A stretch of 64,000 nucleotides of DNA from a virus, in the IMG/VR virus record IMGVR_UViG_3300046820_000975, positions 1 to 64,000 of that record. The stretch is one strand, 5' to 3'. The position numbers and the translations under genes were made by a program. Below the pieces are notes generated by a model that was given only the letters and a program-made list of their open reading frames with translations, was not told the DNA's origin and searched no databases. Shown piece after piece: positions 19,805-29,206 of the stretch (its first letter is position 1; every line of letters begins with the position of its first letter).

Positions 19805-20907
19805 ATCATTTCTTCTACGTAAGTAATTTTTGACTGATCTAAATCTTTTAATGCTTCACTAACCCATTGAACATCTTGAGTATCAGTATACATAAGAATA
19901 TGTATCACTGCACAATCTGTTGGATTAAGACGCATCATCCTGCCAATACGCTGTAAACTTTTACGTTCATTAGAGTATGCATGAAGAATAATACCACACT
20001 TTAGATTAGGAATATTAACACCCTCACTTAGTTGTAGAACACAAGATAACTTATTAATTGTACCATTCTTAAATGATTCCAAGTTTTCATCTGATTGTTC
20101 ATTCTTACTATGATAAGAGTGCTCACAAATTTTATCAGCTTGCTCTGTGGTATTACAGAAGACTATACACTTTTCTTTGCGACTATCAACAATCTCTTTT
20201 GCGTATCTTTCTTTAGATGCAAATTCCATCATTGCTTTCATACGCATGATTCTGAATATCTTCTGCTGCACTGCTGAACTTGCTGTTGCAATACGTTCAG
20301 ACCAGTAATCATAGTAAGCTTTTTCAGAAGTATAGAATTGTTTACCAGTCTTTGTAACTACTTTGTAATTCTTGCGTGTGTCTAATGAAAGACAGTGCAC
20401 AATAATCTTGTAGTCATTAAGTATCTGATCTTCTACTGCGCTATCTGTAATGTAGTAATAAGCAATAGGGCAATACTTTTCTACAAGCAATCCTTTCTCA
20501 GATGTTTTATATCTGGGAGGAGTACCTGTCAATCCTACTATCTTGCCAAAGTAAGTAGATAACCAAAAGTCATGTGAGTTAAGAATACTATGACACTCAT
20601 CTAAATAGACAACAGTATAATCTCTACTCTTTTTAGGTAGAGATATATACGTTGTAAATTCTATTAGAGGTACTAGTTCACTCAAACCAAATTTAGCTGC
20701 ATCATCTTTCCAAGATTGGAAGATAGATACCTTTGGAGCAACCACTAGAAATTTCTGTGTAACTCCAGGATTCTTCTCCACTTCTTGTTTCATGTGTTGC
20801 AATCCAATATAAGTTTTACCTACACCCATAGATAGTGCAAGACCAACTCTTTGTTTACCAACTGTAGCAGCTAATGCTTCTGCTTGAACTTGTTCTCTTT
20901 TTGACAT
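19801..20907 (-). CDS. Superfamily 2 (DEXH) helicase
   Basis: MGVGKT, LDECH, GLTGTP, LSEGVNIP, QRIGRMMR. Confidence 0.88.
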   Translation of the reverse strand: MSKREQVQAEALAATVGKQRVGLALSMGVGKTYIGLQHMKQEVEKNPGVTQKFLVVAPKVSIFQSWKDDAAKFGLSELVPLIEFTTYISLPKKSRDYTVVYLDECHSILNSHDFWLSTYFGKIVGLTGTPPRYKTSEKGLLVEKYCPIAYYYITDSAVEDQILNDYKIIVHCLSLDTRKNYKVVTKTGKQFYTSEKAYYDYWSERIATASSAVQQKIFRIMRMKAMMEFASKERYAKEIVDSRKEKCIVFCNTTEQADKICEHSYHSKNEQSDENLESFKNGTINKLSCVLQLSEGVNIPNLKCGIILHAYSNERKSLQRIGRMMRLNPTDCAVIHILMYTDTQDVQWVSEALKDLDQSKITYVEEMI

Positions 20908-20916
20908 AGTTCTTAA

Positions 20917-21768
20917 TTAAAAAATGTAACGTATTGTCATCTCTGGTAACTCTTGTTTCATCAATTCTTTGAACTGATTAACGTATTGATTTTTAAGTTG
21001 CCATTGATATCTGATGTTGTCTCCACCATATAAAGAAGTTTTTGCTTCTTGATTTTCTGGAGTCCATAGATACTGTTCAGCATCAGGATAATGTTCTGCA
21101 TTGTATAGATGCTTCTGTGCGTTGTGTGTTAAAAATATACACTCACACTGTAGGTTATCCATACCTAATGCTTTTACTCTTTGAAACAAATCTTTGTAGT
21201 CTTCTAACCAGTTATCGCAAACAATAATAGGACTAAAGTTTACATGGATCTCATAACCTGCTTTTGATAACTCTTGCATCGCTTGCAATCTTTTATCAAG
21301 AGAATGAGTTCCTTTATCCATAATGTCAATCATTCTTTCAGGTAACAAAGATAACCTTATTCTTACTTTTCCTTGAGGATTGAATGATAAAAATTCCTGG
21401 TTAAACCACTTTGTTGCAAACGTAAATTTGACATCATTGTCTACTGCAAATTGAAATACTTTCTGCCAATCAAAGTATTTAGCAACTCTACTAATATCTG
21501 TGTTACAGCCAATGTCATAAATAAAAAAGTCCCTATCGCATTGATTAGGGACTTTCTCACCAAGTTTGTTTCTGTGTTTCAGTATATTCTGTAAAAGATC
21601 ATCTACATTAGTAGCTACGTTCAAATCTATTGATTCATTGTGTCTGTGTTGATAACAGTATGCACATAACATAGGACAGTTCATAACAAAATTAGGAGTT
21701 GTAAAGTCTGCTGACCTACCATTCTCTCTAATTACTTTTGATTTGCGCTCTTTAAAATCTACTTTCAT
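20917..21768 (-). CDS. Spore photoproduct lyase-like radical SAM protein
   Basis: CPMLCAYC (CxxxCxxC), DIGCNTD, FATK, RIRLSL, GYEIHVNFSPII. Confidence 0.78.
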   Translation of the reverse strand: MKVDFKERKSKVIRENGRSADFTTPNFVMNCPMLCAYCYQHRHNESIDLNVATNVDDLLQNILKHRNKLGEKVPNQCDRDFFIYDIGCNTDISRVAKYFDWQKVFQFAVDNDVKFTFATKWFNQEFLSFNPQGKVRIRLSLLPERMIDIMDKGTHSLDKRLQAMQELSKAGYEIHVNFSPIIVCDNWLEDYKDLFQRVKALGMDNLQCECIFLTHNAQKHLYNAEHYPDAEQYLWTPENQEAKTSLYGGDNIRYQWQLKNQYVNQFKELMKQELPEMTIRYIF

Positions 21769-21820
21769 TAACTATTTGTTGTTTATTATCCACAAAATCG
21801 TTGTTTTTGTAGATATTAAT

Positions 21821-22021
21821 CTACATTTTTGTTAAGCCAAATGTTTGATTGTGATGTATTTTGATTTGGTCAGATGCGTAATGTCTAACAATACCACCTT
21901 CACACAGTGTAACACACCATACATCATTCTCAAAAGTACCACTGTTTACTACATAAATTGCATAACCTTCTTTGTCACCTTCTACAACAACAGGTATAGG
22001 GTTTTTAAATTCTAACATCAT
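21821..22021 (-). CDS. Hypothetical protein
   Basis: ATGA overlap with thyX. Confidence 0.6.
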   Translation of the reverse strand: MMLEFKNPIPVVVEGDKEGYAIYVVNSGTFENDVWCVTLCEGGIVRHYASDQIKIHHNQTFGLTKM

Positions 22022-22659
22022 AATCCAAAAGCTTTGATTGTGTCTTCAAATGGATTACCTGCAATACCTTTTACAAGTTGTAACATACCTTGAGCAAGCT
22101 GACGTACTTCTACTTGTGCATGTTCAGAGTCACGTAACTTTAAGAAATGATAAAAGCTTCTCCAGTTAAACATAACATCCATAGTAATCTGCGAATTCAT
22201 TGTCTTGAAGAATCGTGCGGATTCTTTTGCACGTTTGCGTCCTAAGATAGGAGTTAAGTCAGCAAGACACTGATGATACAACTTATTCATTGTTGCAGTC
22301 TGTGTTGATAATGTATCTGCCCAGTGAGTTAAAACATCATTACCCATTACCCAATCAGCAGGTATGTAAGTCTTATCTTCTTTAAGTTCTTTGTACCTAG
22401 CTGACTCACCATTGATGCTCACACCTATACGATGCTTTAACAAATGAATGTGTGTAGCTTGGTCTACTGTTACAAGGAAGTGCAAACCACTTTTTTCAAA
22501 TGGTGTGTGATGCCCTTCTTGTGCTAGCATTTTTAATAACGCAGGGATGCGTCTAATCTTGTCATCTGATAAGTCTCTACTTGTACTTGTCCATGCGCTT
22601 TGTGCATGAACAGTATCATTGCCATAGTATCCTAATAACTCTACGTGGTTCTTGTTCAT
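22018..22659 (-). CDS. thyX: Flavin-dependent thymidylate synthase
   Basis: HHTPFE, KHRIGVSINGESARY, NWRSFYHFLKLR, HAQVEVR. Confidence 0.92.
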   Translation of the reverse strand: MNKNHVELLGYYGNDTVHAQSAWTSTSRDLSDDKIRRIPALLKMLAQEGHHTPFEKSGLHFLVTVDQATHIHLLKHRIGVSINGESARYKELKEDKTYIPADWVMGNDVLTHWADTLSTQTATMNKLYHQCLADLTPILGRKRAKESARFFKTMNSQITMDVMFNWRSFYHFLKLRDSEHAQVEVRQLAQGMLQLVKGIAGNPFEDTIKAFGL

Positions 22660-22850
22660 TTGGTTTTTCTTTTAGATTCCATCCATTCAGTCAATGACTC
22701 AGTTTTTTCTTTTGCTAATTGCTTATCAAGCTTTACTGATGTTTCTACAAAGTTTAAACCTTTCTTGCTCATAATCCTATGAGCATCGTTATCAAATATA
22801 CTCCATATCATTTTGAATGGAGTTAAGATAATACTTAGTAATGCTTTCAT
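22656..22850 (-). CDS. Hypothetical protein
   Basis: ATGA overlaps on both sides. Confidence 0.55.
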   Translation of the reverse strand: MKALLSIILTPFKMIWSIFDNDAHRIMSKKGLNFVETSVKLDKQLAKEKTESLTEWMESKRKTK

Positions 22851-23524
22851 AATTCAAAAATGTTTCCGTTACTTGTTACTTTACCAAACTTACCATCAGT
22901 TACTACTGACCCATTAGAGAATGTAATCTCAGGATATGCTGATAGGACTTTAGTTCCTGCGTTGATAATGTCTTCGCAGTTGTGTATATGTCCAAAGCAA
23001 ACTAGTTTAGGTTTAATTGCTAAGCAACGAGTTAATAATGCTGAATCACCACAACGTTCTAGATTATGTTGTCTATCAAAAGACAAATCTAAGATACCTT
23101 TTGGTGGTCCATGTGTAACAAAGATATCAATATCATCAGGAACATTCTTCCAATGATCATGCATCTTGTTTCTTTGCTTCATAAATGACCAATCTCCAAA
23201 CGTTGGAGTTTGTGGTGAACCAAAGATTTTTAATCCTTCAATTTCAACCCAGTCATTTTCTAAGTAAGTAATACCTGCTTCTAAGAAATCACCTTGTGTA
23301 ATAAGGTTTCTTTCTATACTTGTGTCATGATTACCTGCTACAAAGATTTTATACTTAATATCTAAGGATTTCATCCATTCAATAAAGTTAAGTACTTGGT
23401 CTCTGTTTTCATATACACCACGTGGGTTACTACAATCTCCACTAAAGATAACCATATCAATACCTTCTGGTACTGATAGTAATCCATGGAATGTGTGAGT
23501 GTCTGAGATGTGCCAGATTTTCAT
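22847..23524 (-). CDS. Calcineurin-like metallophosphoesterase
   Basis: ISDTH, GD, GNHD, THGPP, FGHIH. Confidence 0.9.
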   Translation of the reverse strand: MKIWHISDTHTFHGLLSVPEGIDMVIFSGDCSNPRGVYENRDQVLNFIEWMKSLDIKYKIFVAGNHDTSIERNLITQGDFLEAGITYLENDWVEIEGLKIFGSPQTPTFGDWSFMKQRNKMHDHWKNVPDDIDIFVTHGPPKGILDLSFDRQHNLERCGDSALLTRCLAIKPKLVCFGHIHNCEDIINAGTKVLSAYPEITFSNGSVVTDGKFGKVTSNGNIFEL

Positions 23525-23529
23525 AAGGT

Positions 23530-23775
23530 TTATTTTTTAGTATACTGAAGCTTCATTGCTTTCAATTTGTCCTTCACACGTTCTTTGTTTTTAAACATGT
23601 ATTCTTTTGCACCAAGTATTTTCATGGTTTCCAAGTCGTTGTCAATCATTTTAATTGCCACATCTATTGCATTAAGTTTTGCTGCTGAGTAGACTAACTG
23701 TCCATCAACACCATAACAAGATGCAAAAAGCAATAGTTCATCCACTATTGCTTCTGCTTTTTCTTCTGATCCCAT
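23530..23775 (-). CDS. Hypothetical protein
   Basis: Tightly packed co-oriented ORF. Confidence 0.55.
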   Translation of the reverse strand: MGSEEKAEAIVDELLLFASCYGVDGQLVYSAAKLNAIDVAIKMIDNDLETMKILGAKEYMFKNKERVKDKLKAMKLQYTKK

Positions 23776-23798
23776 AAAGTGAAGGTTATCCTGCGATA

Positions 23799-24101
23799 TT
23801 ACCCGTTTGTATTTGTCTCATCTTTAACTTGTATTTTAGTCTTCACTCTGCGTGTAGGCTTTGATTCAGTTGGTTTCTTTTCCCAACGTACTTTGTTAAA
23901 TTGCACATCTGGGTTTGTCTCTTTTGTTGTAACAGCATTGCGCTCTTTATCTACCCAATAGATGTTTAATAACATGCGATTTAAGAATCGCACTAATCCA
24001 CTAGGTTTAGTTGTGCTCCATAGCATTAAACCTTTTTCATTTTCAGCATCATCTGCGTTTGTGGCACCAATAATAAAGTACCCTACGTAATTTTTGTTCA
24101 T
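23799..24101 (-). CDS. Hypothetical protein
   Basis: ATGA overlap with the upstream gene. Confidence 0.55.
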   Translation of the reverse strand: MNKNYVGYFIIGATNADDAENEKGLMLWSTTKPSGLVRFLNRMLLNIYWVDKERNAVTTKETNPDVQFNKVRWEKKPTESKPTRRVKTKIQVKDETNTNG

Positions 24102-24520
24102 ATTCCGTTTCTGTTTTGTGAAAGTAACATTTGTTTTGCTTCAGTTGGATGTTCTTCTATCCACTGATGGCAGCTAAGACACACAGCAATCCATGTTGAT
24201 GTGTCTAAATAGTAAGCACCTCTACCCTTGGTATGGTGAATTGTCAGATCTAACCCCGTGGTACGCATGCAATTTTGAAGTTTTGCTTCACATTTTGAAT
24301 GCTCTTTCTGAGAAAGAAAATCTTTACGCAAGTTAGAGTACACTCTATCTAATACGTTCTGCTTATCTGACTTAGGTTTGATTTGACTACGTCTAGGGGT
24401 GGGATGTTCTACAGAGGCTTGTTTCATCCAGCACTCTTTGCAGAAGCGATTACCTTCGTGGTTCTTCCAGATAGGTTTTGTTTCACCGCATCCTGCACAA
24501 ATTTTAGGTTTTGCGCGCAT
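24098..24520 (-). CDS. Zn-binding HNH-like nuclease
   Basis: CAGC, CKEC, IHHTKGR, VCLSCHQWIE. Confidence 0.65.
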   Translation of the reverse strand: MRAKPKICAGCGETKPIWKNHEGNRFCKECWMKQASVEHPTPRRSQIKPKSDKQNVLDRVYSNLRKDFLSQKEHSKCEAKLQNCMRTTGLDLTIHHTKGRGAYYLDTSTWIAVCLSCHQWIEEHPTEAKQMLLSQNRNGI

Positions 24521-24523
24521 AAA

Positions 24524-24802
24524 TTATTCGCTTAAGTTATCTCTGTCAATGTAATCCTCGTCGTATAGTTTTTCTTCAGGATTAACATCAGTGAGATCTT
24601 GTTCAACTTCTTCATCTACTTCATCAATGTCTTCGTCATCAATACATGTTGTACCATAACGCAACACTGATAATGCAAAGGGATCGTTGATGTTCTCACC
24701 ATCATTGAAAGTACCTAAGTCCTTTAAGTCTTGATCAGTCATTTTTAAAAACCGTTCAAGACTTATTTCTACGCTTCTACCATTTGGTAATTGGTATAAC
24801 AT
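24524..24802 (-). CDS. Acidic hypothetical protein
   Basis: MLYQLPNG start and D/E-rich C-terminus. Confidence 0.6.
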   Translation of the reverse strand: MLYQLPNGRSVEISLERFLKMTDQDLKDLGTFNDGENINDPFALSVLRYGTTCIDDEDIDEVDEEVEQDLTDVNPEEKLYDEDYIDRDNLSE

Positions 24803-24888
24803 GAGTTTAAGTGTTTACTTGCACTAATGTAAAGCTTTTTTAAGGACTTAAGCAACTAATTCTAAAACTAAACTATACTATAACGCTA

Positions 24889-25260
24889 CTACAGTGTAGC
24901 AGTGGAAGAGTAATTCTCTATAAATTCAGTAAATGTCATGGAATACTTGTGTTTGTTTTCCATTAGTGACGATATAACTGATATGGTTTGGTCTCTGCAA
25001 TCCAAAGTAATCAAGAGATTTATGTCTCCATATTGCTTTGCACCTATACCAAACCCTTTGTCATTTAACAATTGTTCTGGTGGCATCATTCTACAAAACA
25101 CAATTCTTGCTAAGTAGTCTGCATCATCCCAACGTGCACCAAGTTTTAATGCTTGATACACGTCATTGACTAAACTATCAGCAAGATCATGTGTGTATAA
25201 AAAGATACTGTCATTTTCAGTAGATATGATTTCTACTTGACCACTTGATTTGTTAATCAT
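24889..25260 (-). CDS. Hypothetical protein
   Basis: LYTH...RWDDADYLARIVF...GFGIG motif. Confidence 0.6.
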   Translation of the reverse strand: MINKSSGQVEIISTENDSIFLYTHDLADSLVNDVYQALKLGARWDDADYLARIVFCRMMPPEQLLNDKGFGIGAKQYGDINLLITLDCRDQTISVISSLMENKHKYSMTFTEFIENYSSTATL

Positions 25261-25268
25261 AGGATTGA

Positions 25269-25706
25269 TTATTTACCTGTAGACCCAAAACCTCCTTCAC
25301 CACGTTCTGTTTCAGTCAAGTCTTGTTCAATAAAGGTTGCTTGAACTACTGGACAGATTACACCTTGAGCAATTCTATCACCCTTTTTGATATGAAATGG
25401 TAAAGCACCTAGCATACTCATGTTATCCATGATAATGCATATTTCTCCACGGTAATCACTGTCAACTGTTCCTGGAGAGTTTGCTACTCTCATTTTAGTT
25501 TTGAGTGACATACCACTGCGTGGACGTACTTGTAATTCATACCCTTCTGGGATTTGCATACTCAATCCAGTTTTAACTAACACAGTTTGACGTGGAAAGA
25601 TTTCCATATCTTCAATTGCGTGGAAGTCAAAACCAGATGCGCCTGGCGTTTGATACGTAGGAATAACAGCTTCTTCTGAAAGCTTTTTGAAGGAGACTCT
25701 GATCAT
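25269..25706 (-). CDS. dut: Trimeric dUTPase
   Basis: ASGFD, RPRSG, GTVDSDYRGE, DRIAQ, RGEGGFGSTG. Confidence 0.95.
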   Translation of the reverse strand: MIRVSFKKLSEEAVIPTYQTPGASGFDFHAIEDMEIFPRQTVLVKTGLSMQIPEGYELQVRPRSGMSLKTKMRVANSPGTVDSDYRGEICIIMDNMSMLGALPFHIKKGDRIAQGVICPVVQATFIEQDLTETERGEGGFGSTGK

Positions 25707-26137
25707 ATTGATTCAGGATTTAAATGATAAATAAATAACAATGGTAATGTTAAGTTTTCAATACGAACCATGTAACGATTTTGTGTTGATGCTTTCTTAT
25801 TGAAACTAAACGTGACCTCAAAGTTACAAATTTCTGAGTGTGCTGCATAACGAAATATGGAAATACTTTGTGTCTGCATATGATAAGTCATGCTGTCAAG
25901 AGTAATGTGTATAGTACTATTCTTTTGAAAATCAAATGCAACTGATTCATTGTTAGAACAAAACAAATTCTTGTCTTGAAAATAATCTATCAATTTGTAA
26001 TCACTATCATTTGATTCTTTAAACTGTACTTCATAATAGTACACCTCTAAACAAGTTGCATCAGGTATTATTGGCTGAGATTTAGCAGCAACAATAGTAC
26101 TGATCATAGTCAACAAAATAAGTATTATATACTTCAT
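25703..26137 (-). CDS. Exported hypothetical protein
   Basis: N-terminal signal peptide MKYIILILLTMISTIVAA. Confidence 0.55.
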   Translation of the reverse strand: MKYIILILLTMISTIVAAKSQPIIPDATCLEVYYYEVQFKESNDSDYKLIDYFQDKNLFCSNNESVAFDFQKNSTIHITLDSMTYHMQTQSISIFRYAAHSEICNFEVTFSFNKKASTQNRYMVRIENLTLPLLFIYHLNPESI

Positions 26138-26517
26138 TAATTTTTTGATTTGTTGGTAAGAACAAACGCTGCAATCTCAGTTTCTTTTTCTTTAAGACTT
26201 GTTGCGTATCTATCAATCATTTTGTTTACTCTATTCAATTCTTCACTCATTGCAATTTGCACACGCGAAGATGATTCAGGTTTGTAAAACTGATTGATAC
26301 CTGCATAACGTCCTTTCCAATACTCAAGTGATAACGCAAGATTTGATTTTTGTTTTCTTAACATTTTTAATTCTTCAACTTGGTCTACATTATCAAATAA
26401 CGTTTTGTTTTTGTCAAGTTCATTTGAACTTTCTTTACAATCACAAGATGTGACACGTGGTGATTTAGCAATCCCACATACAGGACAGATCCATCCTGTT
26501 ACTTCATGATTTAACAT
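26137..26517 (-). CDS. Zn-ribbon plus coiled-coil hypothetical protein
   Basis: GWICPVCG...SCDC motif. Confidence 0.55.
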   Translation of the reverse strand: MLNHEVTGWICPVCGIAKSPRVTSCDCKESSNELDKNKTLFDNVDQVEELKMLRKQKSNLALSLEYWKGRYAGINQFYKPESSSRVQIAMSEELNRVNKMIDRYATSLKEKETEIAAFVLTNKSKN

Positions 26518-26618
26518 GGTACTTGATTTTTTAATTTAGAAAATAATTCAAGAGCTTGTTCTTTTGTGTACGCCCAAATACACAGATTGTCAAATTGATA
26601 TAACTGAAGTAGTTTCAT
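26511..26618 (-). CDS. 35 aa peptide, not in ORF track
   Basis: Manual translation MKLLQLYQFDNLCIWAYTKEQALELFSKLKNQVPC; overlaps the next start. Confidence 0.4.
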   Translation of the reverse strand: MKLLQLYQFDNLCIWAYTKEQALELFSKLKNQVPC

Positions 26619-26631
26619 AACATACTTTTAG

Positions 26632-26713
26632 TAGTCAGGACAGGTACTGCCCCTGTTGCTTGGTCTTTTGCTTTTTATTGCTCACCCATGAGTTACTTTT
26701 ACACCACCTGACT
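26632..26713 (-). ncRNA. Degenerate tRNA-like element
   Basis: 7-bp acceptor stem AGTCAGG/CCTGACT and adjoining 5-bp T-stem ACAGG/CCTGT with a 7-nt loop. No canonical anticodon arm or TTC loop. Confidence 0.6.
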
Positions 26714-26719
26714 ATTTTA

Positions 26720-27043
26720 TTATAGCTTATACAGTGTATAAGTACTATTTTTAGTGTTAAACTTTATACAATCATCGTGATCTACAATTATTTCAGTCAC
26801 TGGTGTTGTCATCCAAGTAAATGCTTCACTAAATGGAGACATAAGTAATGAACGACCAATTGCAATACTATCGTGCATTGCTTTACCACGACTATCTTCA
26901 CCCCACTCAACCCAAGTCACTCCTACAGATTCTTTAGTTAAGCCATCATTCTCACGAATTAATCTCCAATTCTTTTTACTAAACCCTTCGTTTTGTAATA
27001 CACTATCATCAATAAGTGTAACAGGTATTTTTATTGATTCCAT
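26720..27043 (-). CDS. Hypothetical protein
   Basis: FTWMTTPVTEI...FNTKNSTYTL motif. Confidence 0.6.
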   Translation of the reverse strand: MESIKIPVTLIDDSVLQNEGFSKKNWRLIRENDGLTKESVGVTWVEWGEDSRGKAMHDSIAIGRSLLMSPFSEAFTWMTTPVTEIIVDHDDCIKFNTKNSTYTLYKL

Positions 27044-27051
27044 TTTATTTA

Positions 27052-27246
27052 TTAATTTATAGGTTCCATGATTACTCTTAAAGATAATGGTGGTTTAGGG
27101 TCACAGTCTATACATGTTCTTACAACCTCAAAATGTGGATCATCTTTTGTATTGCAACAATCGCACTTAATGTCATAGTAATAATATGTTCTTGATACGT
27201 TTGCTTCTGTTTTGCAAATATCGCATACACCTAATTCAAAATCCAT
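27052..27246 (-). CDS. Small Cys-rich Zn-finger protein
   Basis: CDIC, CDCC and CIDC motifs. Confidence 0.6.
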   Translation of the reverse strand: MDFELGVCDICKTEANVSRTYYYYDIKCDCCNTKDDPHFEVVRTCIDCDPKPPLSLRVIMEPIN

Positions 27247-27323
27247 GATGTTAATGTTTAGGCAAATTAAAAAAATATAACAGTGTTTTGCAAAATTATT
27301 TATTCACAAAACACTGTCAGTTG

Positions 27324-27503
27324 TCATTGATTGTTTGTAGTCTGAGATTTACCATCAACGTAATTCTGCAACGCTTGATCAGGTGTTACCTCAAATAGAT
27401 TTAATAAGTCAGTGAAGTTCTCATGTACAATGTCATAGACAATTTTGTCCATTACTTTTGATATGAGTTCTTGTTTCTCAGCAGCGGTTGGTTTCTTTGA
27501 CAT
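27324..27503 (-). CDS. 59 aa hypothetical protein, not in ORF track
   Basis: Manual translation MSKKPTAAEKQELISK...QTTNNQ fills the intergenic gap. Confidence 0.55.
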   Translation of the reverse strand: MSKKPTAAEKQELISKVMDKIVYDIVHENFTDLLNLFEVTPDQALQNYVDGKSQTTNNQ

Positions 27504-27514
27504 AAGTTGTTGAT

Positions 27515-27769
27515 TTACAAATGGTTAATTCTTTCAGCAATTTCTTTTTCTATTGCTTCATAATTCTCAGGTGTCTCTTCAGACCAAGTAATTGAATGCA
27601 TCTGACTGTTTTCAAAGTCATCGTCAAATTCAATTGTCACAATAAAACTATAGTCTTTTAAAACTACAACGCTTGCATCGTCAAGATTGACATCACAAGT
27701 ATACACACCACCGTATTGACAGTGGTGTGTTACTTTTGAAGGATACGGTTCTAACTGAATGTTTCCCAT
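27515..27769 (-). CDS. Hypothetical protein
   Basis: Tightly packed co-oriented ORF. Confidence 0.55.
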   Translation of the reverse strand: MGNIQLEPYPSKVTHHCQYGGVYTCDVNLDDASVVVLKDYSFIVTIEFDDDFENSQMHSITWSEETPENYEAIEKEIAERINHL

Positions 27770-27771
27770 GA

Positions 27772-28476
27772 TTAAGGTTTTACAGTGTACAAGTGTTTAC
27801 TGATTAACATTTGCTTTACAGAAGGAAGTTCTGTAATGTCAATTGTAGCAATGAATTCAAGTGAAGTTGTATCTGATGCTTGTTCAGCTAATTTAATTGG
27901 ATCATCACTACCTTGCAATGCACTAACAACTAAACTTTCAGTTCTATTGCTGTAGTACAAATTAAAGAATCTCTTTTCAGAACCTAAAACAACAGTCCCT
28001 GCAGGTAAAGGTTCTGGTTTCTTTAATTCACTTTTATGAACCATTACTAAATCAAGTGTAGAATTTCCAAACTTCTCACGAACATCATTAAATGCTGAAC
28101 CTTCGTCAATATAAGTTCCATTTTTCCTCCATTGATCATAATTTGGATAATCAATATCTTCTTCATCATCATCATCTTCATCTACTTTATGACTAAGTCT
28201 TGTTCTTGTCAATTGAAACTTGCCATGAATTGGATAATCAATATCACTGTGACTGTCTGATAAATAATGTTCAGTTAGATCAATTGAAATTTCAACTTGC
28301 TCATACAAACCTCCAGGTAAAGTACCTTTATAAGTAAGCAATTCTTTGTCAAGTGTACCTCGTGTAAATACAATGTAATCACCATTCATGTATTTATGGT
28401 AATCAAATTCAACAACATTTCGTGTTGTCATTTCAAAATAACTTGGGATAGTCACCCAATCATTTTTCCATTTCAT
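27772..28476 (-). CDS. Hypothetical protein, distant paralogue of 28487..29203
   Basis: Shares DIxYP, FxNxY and IATIxI...PxVKxxLIxK motifs with the next gene. Confidence 0.6.
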   Translation of the reverse strand: MKWKNDWVTIPSYFEMTTRNVVEFDYHKYMNGDYIVFTRGTLDKELLTYKGTLPGGLYEQVEISIDLTEHYLSDSHSDIDYPIHGKFQLTRTRLSHKVDEDDDDEEDIDYPNYDQWRKNGTYIDEGSAFNDVREKFGNSTLDLVMVHKSELKKPEPLPAGTVVLGSEKRFFNLYYSNRTESLVVSALQGSDDPIKLAEQASDTTSLEFIATIDITELPSVKQMLISKHLYTVKP

Positions 28477-28486
28477 AATTGTAGAT

Positions 28487-29203
28487 TTATACTGGTATTA
28501 AAATACCTTTTTCAATTAATACTGCTTTGACTGCAGGATGATCTGCTATGTTGATAGTAGCGATGTGTTCAACAACTTTTGTAGTTATCGTTGTGCTCAA
28601 TATTAATGGAGATTGTTCTGAAACACATTTTATAGCATTTTTTGATGCTGATTCATAACTTAGATTTGGTCTACCTGCATAAATTATTGAACTATCAGTA
28701 CCTTTTATTTTAGATCTGTAAACATTTATAAATACGTTCATCAATTCTGCAACTGGTTCGTATTTAATTTCTACAGATGCTGGTTTAAATGTTACTATGT
28801 TCTCTTCTGTAACTGGTACATAACCTTTAGGTACTTTGATAATCAAGTTAGGTTGATTTCCATAGTAAGGTCTGTCAAAAAACAATCTTCCATCAACAGT
28901 AAATATGTCACTACCAAATGTAGTGTTATCATCCTTTCGACGTACATCATTGTATACAACTCTGACTGGATAACTTATATCATCTCTTTTATCATAATTG
29001 CAACCAAGGATTTTGATGAAATAATCAGGTTCATCTCTGCGTGTCAAATACAAATCATGCGTTGATTCATTATAATCATCAGCATTAAACTTACAAGCTG
29101 GAGATATTGTAACTCCTTCATCAGGTTTTGCATCTGATTCAAGCAATTCTGCTAAAGAAGGTTCTTCCGTAGATTCTGAATACATTTCTTCTACTGGTTC
29201 CAT
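28487..29203 (-). CDS. Hypothetical protein, distant paralogue of 27772..28476
   Basis: Same shared motifs as the previous gene. Confidence 0.6.
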   Translation of the reverse strand: MEPVEEMYSESTEEPSLAELLESDAKPDEGVTISPACKFNADDYNESTHDLYLTRRDEPDYFIKILGCNYDKRDDISYPVRVVYNDVRRKDDNTTFGSDIFTVDGRLFFDRPYYGNQPNLIIKVPKGYVPVTEENIVTFKPASVEIKYEPVAELMNVFINVYRSKIKGTDSSIIYAGRPNLSYESASKNAIKCVSEQSPLILSTTITTKVVEHIATINIADHPAVKAVLIEKGILIPV

Positions 29204-29206
29204 AAG

